Shown here in pieces: positions 37,738-49,994 of a stretch of 64,000 nt of DNA. The DNA is from Carcharhinus amblyrhynchos (lineage: Eukaryota). The stretch covers positions 17,236,001 through 17,300,000 of the forward strand of contig OZ336885.1 of the NCBI GenBank assembly GCA_965287045.1, in the 5' to 3' direction. Position 1 is the first letter of the stretch. Each line of letters begins with the position of its first letter. The notes beneath the pieces are model-generated. The model was given only the letters and a program-made list of their open reading frames with translations, did not search any database and was not told the origin of the DNA. A program made the translations under genes and the position numbers.

Positions 37738-38218
37738 ATTTATTGCCTATCGCTGAGGGCATTTTAAAAATTCAACATCACTGCTGTGGATCTGGAGTTA
37801 CATGTAGGCCCAGCCTGGTAAGGGCAGCAGATTTCCTTCCCTAAAGGTCACTGGTGAGCCAGATGCATTTTCCAATAATTAACAATAGTTTCACAGTCAT
37901 CATAGTCCAAAGATGTGCGGGTTGGGTTGGTTGGCCATGCTAAAATTGCCCCTTTGTGTACTAGGATGCTTAGGTTAGAGGGATTAGTCGGTAAAATATG
38001 GGGGTAGGATTGTGGTCAGTGCAGACTCAATGGGCCAAAGGGCCTCTTTCTGCACTGAAGGGTTCTATGATTCTATGATTAGACTTTTAATTCCAGATTT
38101 TCATTGAAGTCAGATTTCACTATCTGCTGCAGGGGATTCAAACCCAGGTCCCCAGAGCATTAGTCTGGGTCTCTAGATTACTAATCCAGCGACAATAACA
38201 CTACGCCACAGCCTCGCC
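37738..38218 (-). mobile_element. tRNA-SINE family C with an antisense HE1 3' half (37903-38080) nested
   Basis: The family C body resumes at agacttttaatt (38081). Confidence 0.8.
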
Positions 38219-38569
38219 TTTTTGGAATATTTGGAATATTAGAATTATATAAATTTACAGCTATGCGACGTATCATGCTCTTTAATACAGTTACCTCAGG
38301 TTTATATTACTACCTATTATCTCCACGTTGTTGTGTGTCTTCTTAGGCCACAATCCCTGTTGTGGATTTTCCAGCGATGAGGGGGTACATACAACGGGAA
38401 ACCCCGTTGACAGCAGCAGGACCAGAATGTCCTGCCACGTACCAATGGTGGGCCATCTCAACCGCCGCAAAGTACACCAGGGATTCATCTGTTTCTCTAT
38501 TCTTTTCTCTCAAAATGGCCTGTGTTTCACCTACACCTTGTGGCAATGCAGTTTACGCTTTAACAACTC

Positions 38570-38855
38570 AAAGTTTAAATTTACTTATTCGCATCACAAG
38601 TAGACTTATACTGCAATGAAGTCGCCACACTCTGGTGCCTGTTCGGGTATTCTGAGAGAAAATTGGGCATGACCAATGCACCTAACCAACACATCTTTCT
38701 GACTGTGGGAAGAAATTGAAGCACACGGAGGAAACCCACGCAGACACAGGGAGAATGTTCAGACTCCGCATAGATGTTGATCCAAGCTAACAATCGAACC
38801 CAGGGTCTTGGCACTGTGAGGCAGCAATGCTAACCACTGTGCCAGCATGCCACCC
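38570..38855 (-). mobile_element. HE1-type SINE, type B
   Basis: Reverse head and tail B. Confidence 0.85.
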
Positions 38856-39171
38856 TGTGTAAAAAACTATTTTAACCTCTCTCCTCATTGGCAGATTTAA
38901 ATAGAAGATTCCACATCACTGACTTCCTAACTAGAGCAAATGCTTTTTTGCTCTTCACACTGTGGCTTCTGGGGCAGAGGTCTTCTCTTCTAGATACTTG
39001 ATGGTCCTTCTGCATGGTGCAATGGCAGCCTCAAGTCCCAATTCAGTCTTTGAGTGTTGATTCCTCAATTGCCAGGCCTGCCTGCCTGACCCCAACACAA
39101 TTTTTGAGAGTGTCTCAACATGGCGTTTGCTTCTCTCTGCACACCTGAGATTGTCCAGCATTCTCTGTTCC

Positions 39172-39361
39172 TGCTGGGCCTTAGTTATGCATGTCCTTCT
39201 GTAGGTTGTGGAACACTCACTTTTCCAGTACTACTCAGGCCTGCTCCTGCAACTATTTTTCCATTACCCCGATGACTGTGTTGGTGCCACTTCATGTTCT
39301 CGTCCAGTCCTAGAAAAACGTATCAACTATGCTTCTGATTTCCACCCCTCTTTCACCTTCA
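39172..39361 (+). mobile_element. Penelope RT fragment (copy 1)
   Basis: GP.YACPSVG.EHSLFQ..QLFFHYPDDCVGATSCSRP; homologous to 39643-39935. Confidence 0.7.
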
Positions 39362-39640
39362 GGGTGGCACGGTGGCACAGTGGTTAGCATAGCTGCCTCA
39401 CAGTGCCAGGGACGCAGGTTTGATTCCCGGCTTGCGTCACTGTGCAGAGTCTGCACGTTCTCCCCGTTTCTGCATTGGTTTCCTCCGGGTGCTCTGATTT
39501 CATCCCAAAGTCCAAAAGACGTGCCAGTCACGGTAAATTCTTTTACAGTGTGCCTGAATAGGGGCCGAAGTATGGCAACTAGGGATTTTCACAGTAACTT
39601 CATTGCAGTGTTAATGTAGGCCTACAGAAAAAAATAAAAG
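39362..39640 (+). mobile_element. HE1-type SINE, type B
   Basis: Head, V-domain and tail B. Confidence 0.85.
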
Positions 39641-39642
39641 AT

Positions 39643-39935
39643 GGGTGGCCACAGGTACTTGCACGGGGCCTCAGTTATGTCTGTCTTTTTGTTGTTTGTG
39701 GAATATTTACTTTTCCAGTCCAACTCAGGCCCGCTCCCACAACTTTTTTTCCATTACATCGATGAGTGCATTGGTGCCATTTTAGTCTCTCGTCCAGACC
39801 TAGAAAAATGTATCAGTTTTGCTTCCAATTTCCACCTCTCTTTCACTTTCGTATGGTCTATGTCCAACACTTGCCTTCCCTTCCTTGACCTCCCTGTCTC
39901 CATTCCTGGTGATAAACTGACTATCAGTATTAATT
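39643..39935 (+). mobile_element. Penelope RT fragment (copy 2)
   Basis: QLFFHYIDECIGA..FASNFHLSFTF..LPFLDL, the decayed YIDD and FLD motifs of PLE RT. Confidence 0.8.
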
Positions 39936-40269
39936 CCAAGCGTAAGCATCGTATGCCCAGCTGTGTGCAATCCCTAGACAGATGTCATTACTGCTCGCAA
40001 ACCATGCTTCGAGCCCAAGCTCAATAAATATTAGCATAAAAACAATACCAGTTGGGGAAAAGTCCAAACATACTTGGCTGTCAAAACACATTCTGTTATT
40101 TAATTGAGGTTTAAGTTTCAATGAAGTCCCCACTAAAAATGTTATCCACAGACATCCTGCTGAGTGATTGAATACTGATTCTGAGGCTTCCAGTACCATT
40201 CTCTAACAGTCCAGATGCTGTGGAGATCAGAGTAGCATGCATTCCCATTGATTTTAATAGAGGTTAAAT

Positions 40270-40690
40270 AACAAAGAACAAGAACAAAGAAAAGTGCAAC
40301 ATAGGAACTGGCTCTTTACTCCTCTGAGCCTGTGCCGATCATGATGCCATATCGAAACAACAAAAATAAATCTCCTGCCTTTATTTGGTCCATATCCATC
40401 TATTCCCTCCCTATTGATGTACCCATCCTGATGCCTCTCAAATGTTGCTAATGTGACTGCTTCCACCACTCTCTGCATGAAAAACTTCCCCCACACATCT
40501 CACATATGTATATCACATATTGATAGTGACTTTTAAGGGGCGTCTGGACAAATACATGAATAGGTTGGAAATAGAGGGATATGGTTCCCGGAAGGGTAGG
40601 GGGTTTTAATTCTACTGGGCAGCATGGTCGGTGCAGGCTTGGAGGACTGAAGGGCCAGTTCCTGTGCTGTAATTTTCTTTGTTCTATCTC
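40270..40690. mobile_element. Two divergently oriented CR1 3' ends (minus 40270-40500, plus 40527-40690)
   Basis: aacaaag tail on the left, ttctttgttct tail on the right. Confidence 0.75.
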
Positions 40691-42298
40691 CCTTAACTTT
40701 CCCCCTTAATGGAGCAAGGATAAAACAGAAGGTAATTTTGTCCAGTTTTTGTCTTGATGAAGTTCCCTTTGGAGCCCCACAGAAATCCCAGCAAACTCTG
40801 CAGCAGCAAACATAATGGCATAAGTTACGCACGCCATAATTTCTGCCATTTATTCACGGTAATAACAGTGTCATTGATGCAGGGCGTGCAAAAATTTGAC
40901 ATATTAAAAGCACAATCTCAGACTACTTATGAGAGTCATAAATATGGGGAAAAAATGTTCCAGTGCCCCAACATTGCCATCATTTACTTGGATTAGCACA
41001 AAGTTCACTCAAAATAAGCAATTAGAAACATCACATCTACTTATTGTTTTGGCTGAGAGTCCTACTGTTTCAACGCTTTTACTGTTTCTACACTCTGGGG
41101 TTGCACATTATGTTTTTTTTAGGCTAACAAGCTTGCCAGACCAAGTTTAAAGGAAGACATTTATAACTTGTTTTCTAACATTTTTTATGGTTCCAATATT
41201 ACCACCACTCTCGGAAATGGAGTGCGTTATTCAGAACAAGCCTTCTTAATGAACAGCTAATAAAAGCCTTTATCTCTAAAACACCACTGTATGCTTTAAG
41301 CATCATAATACAAAAGCGGAACAAATGAATGGAAGCAAAATGCAAAATGTGAAAAAGTAGGTGAGAATGCTGATCGTTTGACTTGATCGTTTTTGAGCGT
41401 ATTTTTAAATCTTAATCACCATCAGGGCTATTAACTCTCAGAAATCAGGGACCCATCAGTATTTTAAGATTACAGAAATAAAGTAATTGCCAATGTGAAA
41501 ATCGCAAACTGAATCTGAAAAGTCTGCACATAAACAGAACCAGCAAGCCTTGTGAAATAAGAGTTGTTCAAACTCTGCCAAGTCTCAGGGAGTTTTGTAG
41601 TGTTGAGGTCAAAAAGGTATTTTTGTGGGATTGCAGATGCCCTATTGGCTTGGATTTCACCGTTCACTGCATCTGCTGCTGACCTTAAGAAGGCTGTGCA
41701 GAAAGAGCCACAATATCTATGTGGCATAGTTTTCTCCTTTCCTGATGCCAGCTTGAATCTAGTGCCAATTCCAGTGGACCACCAGCCATGCACCACAGTG
41801 ATATCATCAACCTGGCTAAGCAAGCAATGAAATTGAAGCATTCTCACAGGCAGCAAATCAGGAAGAGCAGATTTTCTCACGTTTAAATTACAAAGAAAGA
41901 CATAATTGGACCATACATTTGGGATTAAGGAACTAAAATATCATAAATGCAACAAAAAGAATTGATTTTTTCAATCATAAAGAAGAAATTTGATATCTGC
42001 AAATTAAAAAAAAGTTTTGCAGGCAGTGAGCTTGGTTAATTATCATCTAAGTATGTCACTAAAAACCTGAGTCACACCTCAGTCAACAGGTGTAAATTTT
42101 ACAGGTTTTAACAGTGAAAATAATAATTTAAAACAACTTTTCTTCAGTGCAGTGATTTCTGCCTGATTGCAGTCTGGGGTAACTTCAACATTATATCCTG
42201 TAGGAAAGTTCAAAATCACTGATCGCAATTTCCATATTTACCTGTGCTTGTGTATGTTGGAGGGCATTGATTACAGTTCAGCAGATCTGAAGAAATCT

Positions 42299-42527
42299 TG
42301 TAGTCATACGTAGGTGAAAAGATGCTCATTTACCAGCTGAGAGAGAACACAACTCGTTTATTTACAGGTTAACCATTTGGTTGTCACCTTGTGGCTGCCA
42401 TCAGCTCCTGAGATGACTCAAAGTACAGAAGCCCACATTTACCATGGTGATCCCCCACCGTGCTTTCTGATTGGTTCCCCATGGCCTTTGCTCTACAGAT
42501 TGATCCTTAAAAGGATAATCACTAACA
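42299..42527 (-). repeat. 3' LTR of the Gypsy element
   Basis: Minus strand TGTTAGT...ACTACA termini, AATAAA at 42357-42362, adjacent purine tract GTGGAGGGA (42528-42536). Confidence 0.7.
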
Positions 42528-44084
42528 TCCCTCCACACCAAGATCCTTTATACAAATGTCAATACTCAATTTACACAGTCCCAGATATTCAAACATTTAG
42601 TACATGAATTTAGTCAATTACAAATTATGTCTTTCAGGGGGTTTCCGAATCCCTATGGAAAGGCGTAATACCTCTGTCTGGGGGGCTTCCACAGGATTGT
42701 TGTCAGCCAAAACTGCAATGACAGGTGCCTATTCAGGCACAGGGGGTTCAGTTCTATCTGTTTCCATGGAGGTGTGGGTTGTGCCTACCACAGGACGACC
42801 AGGCACTTCAGTACGAAAACAGTCGGCAACATTTCCTGGTGGAAATTTACTTCCTGGCAAAACTGGCTGCTGGGGCATCTCTCTTTTTCTCATATGGTCT
42901 ACATATTTTCAGAAGATTCTTCCTGGGACTGCAGCAGGCAACCTTTGTTGCAATTGACACCATTCACAATGCTTGACTAAGCTCTCAATGTCCGCATCAA
43001 TGCCAGGCCACCACACATAACTCCTGAGGAGCGTCTTCATCTCGAGATGCCCAGATGTGCACTGTGTAATTCCAATAGAAGCAGTTCTCTGCCTGGTACA
43101 GGGATAACTACTCTTACTCCCCAGCATATAACGCCATCCTGGCAAATTAAATCATCATTATGGGTAACAAATGGATTCATTTCATCAGAAACTGGCCCAA
43201 CATGTAAGTATCTTGTGTCTCACTTTGGATAGAAGTGGATCCTGACCAGTCCAGTACCTGATTTGCTTTGCCAAGAGTGGCAATGTGTCCAAAAAAGTTC
43301 AATGCCCAATTAGCTGTTAACTTGTAACAACACAAATACAGATGGTCTTGTCTGGGTTCAATACAGGAACTGTGGGTGCTGCTCTTTCTGAGAACTGAAC
43401 TGGCTGGATAATGCCCAGTTCTTCCACTTGCTTTAATTCAGTATATACTTTCCCTCACAAAGCATATGATGCTGATCCTGCCGTAAAGAACTGAGGGGTC
43501 GCCCCTGGGTCCACATATATCTTTGCTTGCAGGCCTTTTAGTGTGCCTAATTCATAATTGAAGATGCTCTCTTATTTATCATCAGTCTGAGCAATCCTCC
43601 CTCCCTCACTTGGAAAATCTTGGTCCAATTTAAGTTCTATTACCCAATCATGGCCGCGAAGACTTGGTCTTTCACCTGACGCTATGATTGCTGCGAGTTA
43701 GGCAGACTATTGCCTATAGTTTACAGGTCCCATTGCAATGCCCATCATTTTTATTGCTTCTCCAGTATAACTTGGACGCAGTGCTCTTTGAATTCAATGG
43801 GTGAATCCTTCCCTCAAGTACTGATACATATGTTCAGCTATCACAGTAGCTGATGCTCCTGTATTGCCTTCCATCTTAAGAGACTTCCCATTTACCCAGG
43901 AAATTACAGTAAAAAGGGCTAACTCGCCCGTTTTTGTATTAAGCAGTGAGTGAATATTTAAATCGTTGATGCTGGATTCTCCCACATTGTACACTGGTGA
44001 CACCTTATCTCACCGGCCACTCAGTAGACTTGAGTTGGCTCTGCACCTATGCCTTATGTAGCCTCTCCTATGGCAAAAAAAAAC

Positions 44085-44292
44085 CAGTAAGAAGTCTGAC
44101 AACACCAGGTTTGAGTCCAACCGATTTATTTGATAGCAAACTTGCAAGCTTTCGAGTTTTGCCCCTTCGTCAGGTGATTCACAAACCCTGAAAGCTTGCG
44201 AGTTTACTATCAAATAAATTGGTTGGACTTAAACCTGGCCTTGTCAGACTTCTTACTGTGTTTACCCCAGTCCAACACCGGCATCTCCACGT
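44085..44292 (+). mobile_element. Non-coding mini Penelope pLTR palindrome
   Basis: Arms 44085-44153 and 44190-44258, 3' extension to 44292, TSD-like CAAAAAAAA(A)CC on both sides; homologous to 36215-36321. Confidence 0.88.
44141..44177 (-). ncRNA. Minimal hammerhead ribozyme-like motif
   Basis: Minus strand UCAC-CUGACGA-A-GGG-GCAAAA-CUC-GAAA-GC-UU-GCAAG; core intact, helices weak. Confidence 0.55.
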
Positions 44293-44423
44293 CAAAAAAA
44301 ACCACTCAGCCTCCTTATACCTGTGGGATTCAGGGAAGTGCAGTAGTCCCAACATGGTAATTGTTCAGCACCACTTTGAAAGTAAACTTTACAAAGGGCA
44401 AAAGAGTTGGAATAGAACTTTAA

Positions 44424-44572
44424 TCATAGAATCTACAGTGCAGAAAGAGACCATTCAGCCCATTGAACCTGCACCAACAACAATCCCACCCATCCTCTTA
44501 ACCCTACATATTTACCCCGCTAATTCCCCAACACTAGGGGTCAAACTTAGTACGTTCAATCGACATAATCCA
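44424..44572 (-). mobile_element. HE1-type SINE 3' fragment
   Basis: tcatagaatctacagtgcag tail. Confidence 0.7.
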
Positions 44573-45159
44573 TAATGGCACTCCCAAATATTTAAAATAT
44601 CGATTACCCCAGATTTATTTTTACAGCCACGCTTTCTGGATGCGTGTGCAGAAGTTTCCCAGTTGCCTTTCTTCTTTCCCATGCTAGATGATATTTACCT
44701 ATCCGGCTCCAAACTGGTAGCTTGGAAAGTACTCCAAAAATAAAATCTGGCTTTTGGAAAAATTCTTTTCGGAAATAAAAACATCTGCATGCCTGCCAAC
44801 CCTTTAAAATTCTTTTTTTTATTAAAGTCTCCAGTAATTTATACTCTGACCCAATTTCTGAGGGCTGGCGACAGGACTTCCAGATTTTTAATATAGTTTC
44901 AACTGCAGGAAGGAAAGATTTGGTTAGTTCTTTTACTGTGCCAGTCCATCTGCTCACAGTTTCAAATCATAAATCTACAACAACGTGATTGAAAAAAATG
45001 ACACTGGACATTCAACTGAAGGCCTATGAATCAGGGGCTTTGGGCCCCAGATGGAAAAAAAGTGCTTTCAGATCTTTCTGTCTTTATGAAGTTAAATATT
45101 CAGAAAAATATAGCAAAAATGTTACGAAGTGATTCAGAAGAACTGGAGTAAGTTTCCAT

Positions 45160-45820
45160 GGATGGCACGGTGGCACAATGGTTAGCACTGCTGCCTCGCA
45201 GCCACCAGGGACCCAGATTCAATACCAGCCTTAGGTTACTGCCTGTGTGGAGTTTGCCCGTGTCTGCATGGGTTTCCTCTGAATGCTCCAGTTTCCTCCC
45301 ACAGTCCAAAGATGTGCAGGTTAGGTGGATTGCCCATGCTAAATTGCCCCTTAGTGTCCCAAGATGTGTCAGTTAGGGGGATTAGTGGGGTAAATCCGTG
45401 GGGACATGGGAAAGGGCCTGGGTGGGATCCTCTGTCAGAGGATCACAGTATCATAGAATCTACAGAGCAGAAGGAGGCCATTTGGCCCATGAGCTGCACT
45501 GACAACAGTCCCACCCAGGCCTCATCCCCATAACCCCACATATTTACAGTCCTAATCCCCTGATACTAAGGAGCAATTTACTGTGGCCAATCAACTTAAT
45601 CTGTACATCTTTGGACTGTGGGAGGAAACCAGAGCACCCGGGGGAAACCCACTCAGACATGGGGAGAATGTGCAACTTCCATACAGACAGTCACCTGAGG
45701 CCGGAATTGAACCCAGGTCCCTGGCGCTGCGCAGCAACTTTGTTATCCGCTGTGCCACCGTGCCGCCCAAACAGATTTGATGGGCTGAATGGCCTCCTTC
45801 TATACTGTAGGGATTCTGTG
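45160..45820 (+). mobile_element. HE1-type SINE with a full antisense HE1 (45449-45767) nested
   Basis: The plus copy resumes at cagatttgatgggctgaatggcc. Confidence 0.85.
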
Positions 45821-45934
45821 AGATTGGAAAATCATGGCGGAAGGCAGGATAGTGCCCTTTCAGGTTAAGTGGACCTCAATAATCTTCACTTCTTTTAACC
45901 AGTCGCTTCAGTTTTATGGCTAGAAGAGGGAAAG

Positions 45935-46290
45935 AAAGATTTGTATTTATATATGGTGCCTTCGCAATGGCAGGATGTTCCAAAGTGCTTCAAAGTCATT
46001 AAGTGTGTTTGAAGTACAGTCGCTCTGGTAACTAGCAAGCATGGCAGCCAATTTGCATTGAGCAAGCTCCCACAAATGGCAACATGATAACAAATTGATA
46101 GTCTGTTTTTGGGATGTTGATTAAGTCATAATATATATAGGGTAGGACGCTGAGAATAAATTCCTTCCCCTTCTTCTAATGTGGAATAGCTTACTGCACT
46201 TCTGAGGACAGGGGAAGCCTCAGTTTAACATCTCCTCCAAAAAAACACTCCTTGAGTATTGCACTGAAGTGTCAGCTTTGATTTTTTTTG
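45935..46290 (-). mobile_element. SacSINE1-like DeuSINE
   Basis: ggcagccaatttgc..gcaagctcccacaaa and gagtattgcactgaagtgtcagc Deu-domain motifs. Confidence 0.65.
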
Positions 46291-46297
46291 AATTGAA

Positions 46298-46423
46298 GGG
46301 CGTAATTTTCCCATACGGCCCGCCAGAGGAATCATAGTCAGCAAGACAGGACAATGTAAAGATCCATTAACCTCAGGCAGGATTTGCCAATCTTGGAGCG
46401 AGTGTGGCTGGAAAATCCCACCC
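46298..46423. mobile_element. ~125 bp MITE
   Basis: gggcgtaattttcc ... ggaaaatcccaccc. Confidence 0.8.
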
Positions 46424-46904
46424 GAAGTGTCTGCAAAGGTGCAAGTGTGCAACCCAAATGTTAACACTTTAAACATGCAATTGTCATGGAAAAATGGATT
46501 GCAATGCCTAACAGTTTTGATGTGTTATTACATCTAACAAGTAGGTTGTAAAATGTGGGATTGTTCTAGATTTTTGTCAGATATTATTCTCCTTACACCA
46601 GATGTCTCCACTTAAAATCAGACTTAAGAACATAACAAGATCTTGTGTGTCAAGACCAAAACCATCAATTATGCCCTATCCAAACCAATGGGGAATCATT
46701 CTCATACAAACATCTGTCTCATTTAACCTACTGATTCCCTATTTCACACAGCACAAACTTCCATCTTTGACCTACAGTAGAAAAAGTGTTGCTAATTATC
46801 TCTACAATTCTCAATCCAATTTCTCAACAGATAATAATCCAACTCCTTTTGAAAAATGCCAATTGACTCCAAATTACATACTTCCTCCAGTAGTTCTCAC
46901 ACGT

Positions 46905-47215
46905 ACAGCACGGTGGCACAGTGGTTAGCATTGCTGCCTCACAGCGCCAAGGACCTGTTTTCAATTCCTGACTTAGATCACTTTCTGTGCAGAGTTTGCA
47001 TGTCCTCTCTGTGTCTGGATGGGTTTCCTCCGGGTGCTCTGGTTTTTCTCCCCCAGCCTAAAGATGTGCTGGTTAGGTGCATTGGCCATGCTAAATTCTC
47101 CCTCTGAGTACCCAAACAGGTGCCAGAGTGTGGCAATTGGGGGATTTTCACAGTAACTTCATTGCAGTATGAATGTAAGCTGACTTGTGACACTAATAAA
47201 TAAATGTTAACTTTA
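46905..47215 (+). mobile_element. HE1-type SINE, type B
   Basis: Head, V-domain and tail B; sits in an old minus-strand CR1 remnant. Confidence 0.85.
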
Positions 47216-47504
47216 CATTTCTACTCTACACTTTGTCAAAGGGGTTGTTTGCACCTAAGTCATCTCACCCTATATCCATCAAGTGAAATAACCTGCTTAC
47301 TTTCATATTCTCAGTATCTTTCATTATTTTGAAGACTTCTAACCTGCATTCTGTTGGTCTTCTCTAAAATGAGAATAAATTTAGCCACGTGTCTGGCTTT
47401 GTAACTCTTAGCTGAAGCCATTTTGAAATGAGATGTCCAATGCTGCATGTTATTCTCCAGAATTGGCCACACCATTGATTTGCGCAGTGATAGCATGTTG
47501 AAGT

Positions 47505-47722
47505 AAAGTTTATTTATTAGTCACAAGTAATATAGCACATCATAACAGCACCTGTTCCGGTCAATGCACTTAACCAGCACATCTTTCAGAACATGGGAGG
47601 AAACCCATGCAGACACAGGGAGAATGTGCAAACTCCACACAGATAGTGACCCAAGTCAGGAATCAAACCCCAGGTCCCTAGCACTGTGAAGGAGTAGTGC
47701 TAACCTCTGTGCTACTGTGCCA
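47505..47722 (-). mobile_element. HE1-type SINE, type B (deleted)
   Basis: Reverse head and tail. Confidence 0.75.
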
Positions 47723-48109
47723 CTGTTATGAGGTGCTACCAAATATAGCTTGTTCTTATGTACCTTTATTATTGTCTTAGACAATGATCAATAAGCTGTC
47801 TCAAATTCATTTCCTTTTTGGTTTTTAACCAATGGAAAGTTTTATGTTGTATATGCATTTGCAGTGGTAGAATCAGACAGAGTTAGTATGGATTTGCAAA
47901 AGAGAAATCATGCTTGACAAATCTACTGGAATTCTTTGAGGATGTAACAATGGCTGCAGGACTTACAGGACATCACTTGAGTTGACCATGTAATTGCTTG
48001 GTTGAGGGATGGCTGTGGACTGCTGCCATTTTGCATTCAGACTGCCTGGCCAGGCTCCCAAAGTCCAGAGTCTGTGGGCTTAACAGTCAGAGAACCTTTC
48101 CCCTCTTTG

Positions 48110-48645
48110 TCACTGTTGCATGAGGCCTTCCCTCCCATTCATTTCCACTTTGGGTTGCAACAAGCACTTGGTGACAGGGATTATTGTTCTGGTGCATCTG
48201 GCGAAAATTCTCTGTGTTGGCGAGGGTAGACCCTCTCTTGTCAGATTACGCAGACTAAGTAGAGTGGCATGGAAATCTATGTTGCCAAAGAGGCATTTTT
48301 CGAGGAGGTGCTTTGCTGAACGTACTGCCCGCTCCACCAAACTATTCAATTGTGGGTTTAGGGAACTGCTTGCAACATGTTCGAAGTCCCATGTGTATGG
48401 GTGCAAAGGCCTTGAGTTCCCTGAAGATGCCATGGAATGCCTTATGAAACAAAGTGTCTCTTCCGCTTTCCAATTACTGTGGTGCTCTTCATGTAAGGCA
48501 AGTAATCAACTTCATACCACCCTGAGAATGAATCTACAAGGACCAGATGTTGTCTCCCATTCCATTCAAATATATCGGTTATGATGAGTGACCATGGAAG
48601 GTCTGGAACCTCCTGGTTCTTTGATTTGACGAGGTTTGAATGTGT
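48110..48645 (-). mobile_element. Gypsy integrase core remnant (second family)
   Basis: PDLPWSLIITDIFEWNGRQHLVLVDSFSGWYEV; HVASSSLNPQLNSLVERAVRSAK; frameshifted. Confidence 0.85.
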
Positions 48646-49785
48646 TACATGCCGCAATTTGGCTGTGAGCAATGTTTAATCTTGTGAGTATTTCACCTAT
48701 TTCCATGAACTGTTTACCCCAGTAATCAAATTAAGGACCAATTTTGGAGCAGCCATGGGCCCCTAGATGTAAAGTCAGTTAAGTGCACAAAAATGAGCCA
48801 TAATAAATTTTTGCCCCAATGTTGCCATGAGCTAACTTTCTAAATCTCTCAGTTGTACCTCCTTTCACAATGAAGTATGAAGGCCCAAGGGTCAATCATT
48901 AATTCAGAGCTAGCACTGCTCATCGTCTTCTCAGGACACAAGCATTTGTGCAGACTATTAACACTCTGACTGAATCTTAAAAGAAAAATATACCATCATA
49001 AAGGTTAATAAATCTTGGTAGTTTCCAGAACTTGTGTGGTATAACTACAATATGCAATGGGGAACAGTGGTTTTCTGGCATGTATATCGTGTGTGCAGGA
49101 AGTCTACGCACCACAACTATGTTCATTTAAACATATCTGTGCGTCCCCCTCATTACAGAAGAGCGCTAATCACCTAACTCTCTTCAGTTTTCTCTCAGTT
49201 TTTCATCATAATTGCAGCTGTAATTATATACTCCCAAAGTATGTTTCATTCTCAACACAGTTTTCATGTTTGTGTTCTCAGCTCTTCCATTTTTTCTGTA
49301 TCTGATCTTCAGCAGTTTACCTATCCCTCAATTACATGGTTTTCAACCTCTTCCTCTATCGAATTTTGACAAACCTTTTGATTTTATTTTGAACTGCCTG
49401 ATTTCTGCTGCCTTATCCCTTTGTTTGAAACTGGGTCCTTGAGTTTCATTCCCAGTGCTGGCGCGCAGAGTTAGAAAATTTTCTGGAGTTTTGGAGTCAG
49501 GCCCCCAAGCTACGCATCCAGATTTCAGGTGGCCACTGGGGCTCCAGGTTGCCGAGGCAGGCTTATTCAAAGGCCCACCTTGGGATTTTGACCCAGTTGC
49601 ACCGTTAAATATAGGGCCCCTAGCCCTCAACTCTCTCACCCACTCCCTATCCATAACGACACATGCCAACTCAAGCACTTCCATACACCCCATGACAACA
49701 CATACCTCTCCACCCATTCCCAATGTGCCCTCATATCCTCCATGTCAAGCCATGCCTTTCCACTTACTCCCAATGACCCCTTATA

Positions 49786-49919
49786 GGGTGAGACTTTCTG
49801 GCTGCCCTCGTCCCAAGGCTGGAAAATCCTGCCCAAGGTCAATGGACCTTTGCATGATCTATTCCCTCCCCCACCCCCGCTACGATTCCTGTGGCAGGTG
49901 GGACAGGAAAATTCTGCCC
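49786..49919. mobile_element. ~130 bp MITE
   Basis: gggtgagactttc ... gaaaattctgccc. Confidence 0.8.
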
Positions 49920-49994
49920 AGATTCTCCAACATTTTGGTCCAGTTGTGCTAATGTATTCACAGTCTGTTGAGTTAAAAAAAAACACCAACATTA

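Larger units (their letters stand above)
42299..44400 (-). mobile_element. Decayed, internally deleted Gypsy LTR retrotransposon (gag-pro-RT-IN remnants)
   Basis: Gag knuckle KEAE.FFCHRRGYIRHRC (44035-44325), protease VNGKSLKMEGNTGASATVI, RT start LGTLKGLQAKIYVDP..LGIIQPVQFS, integrase H2C2 GHLEMKTLLRSYVWWPGIDADIESLVKHCEWCQ. Confidence 0.85.
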
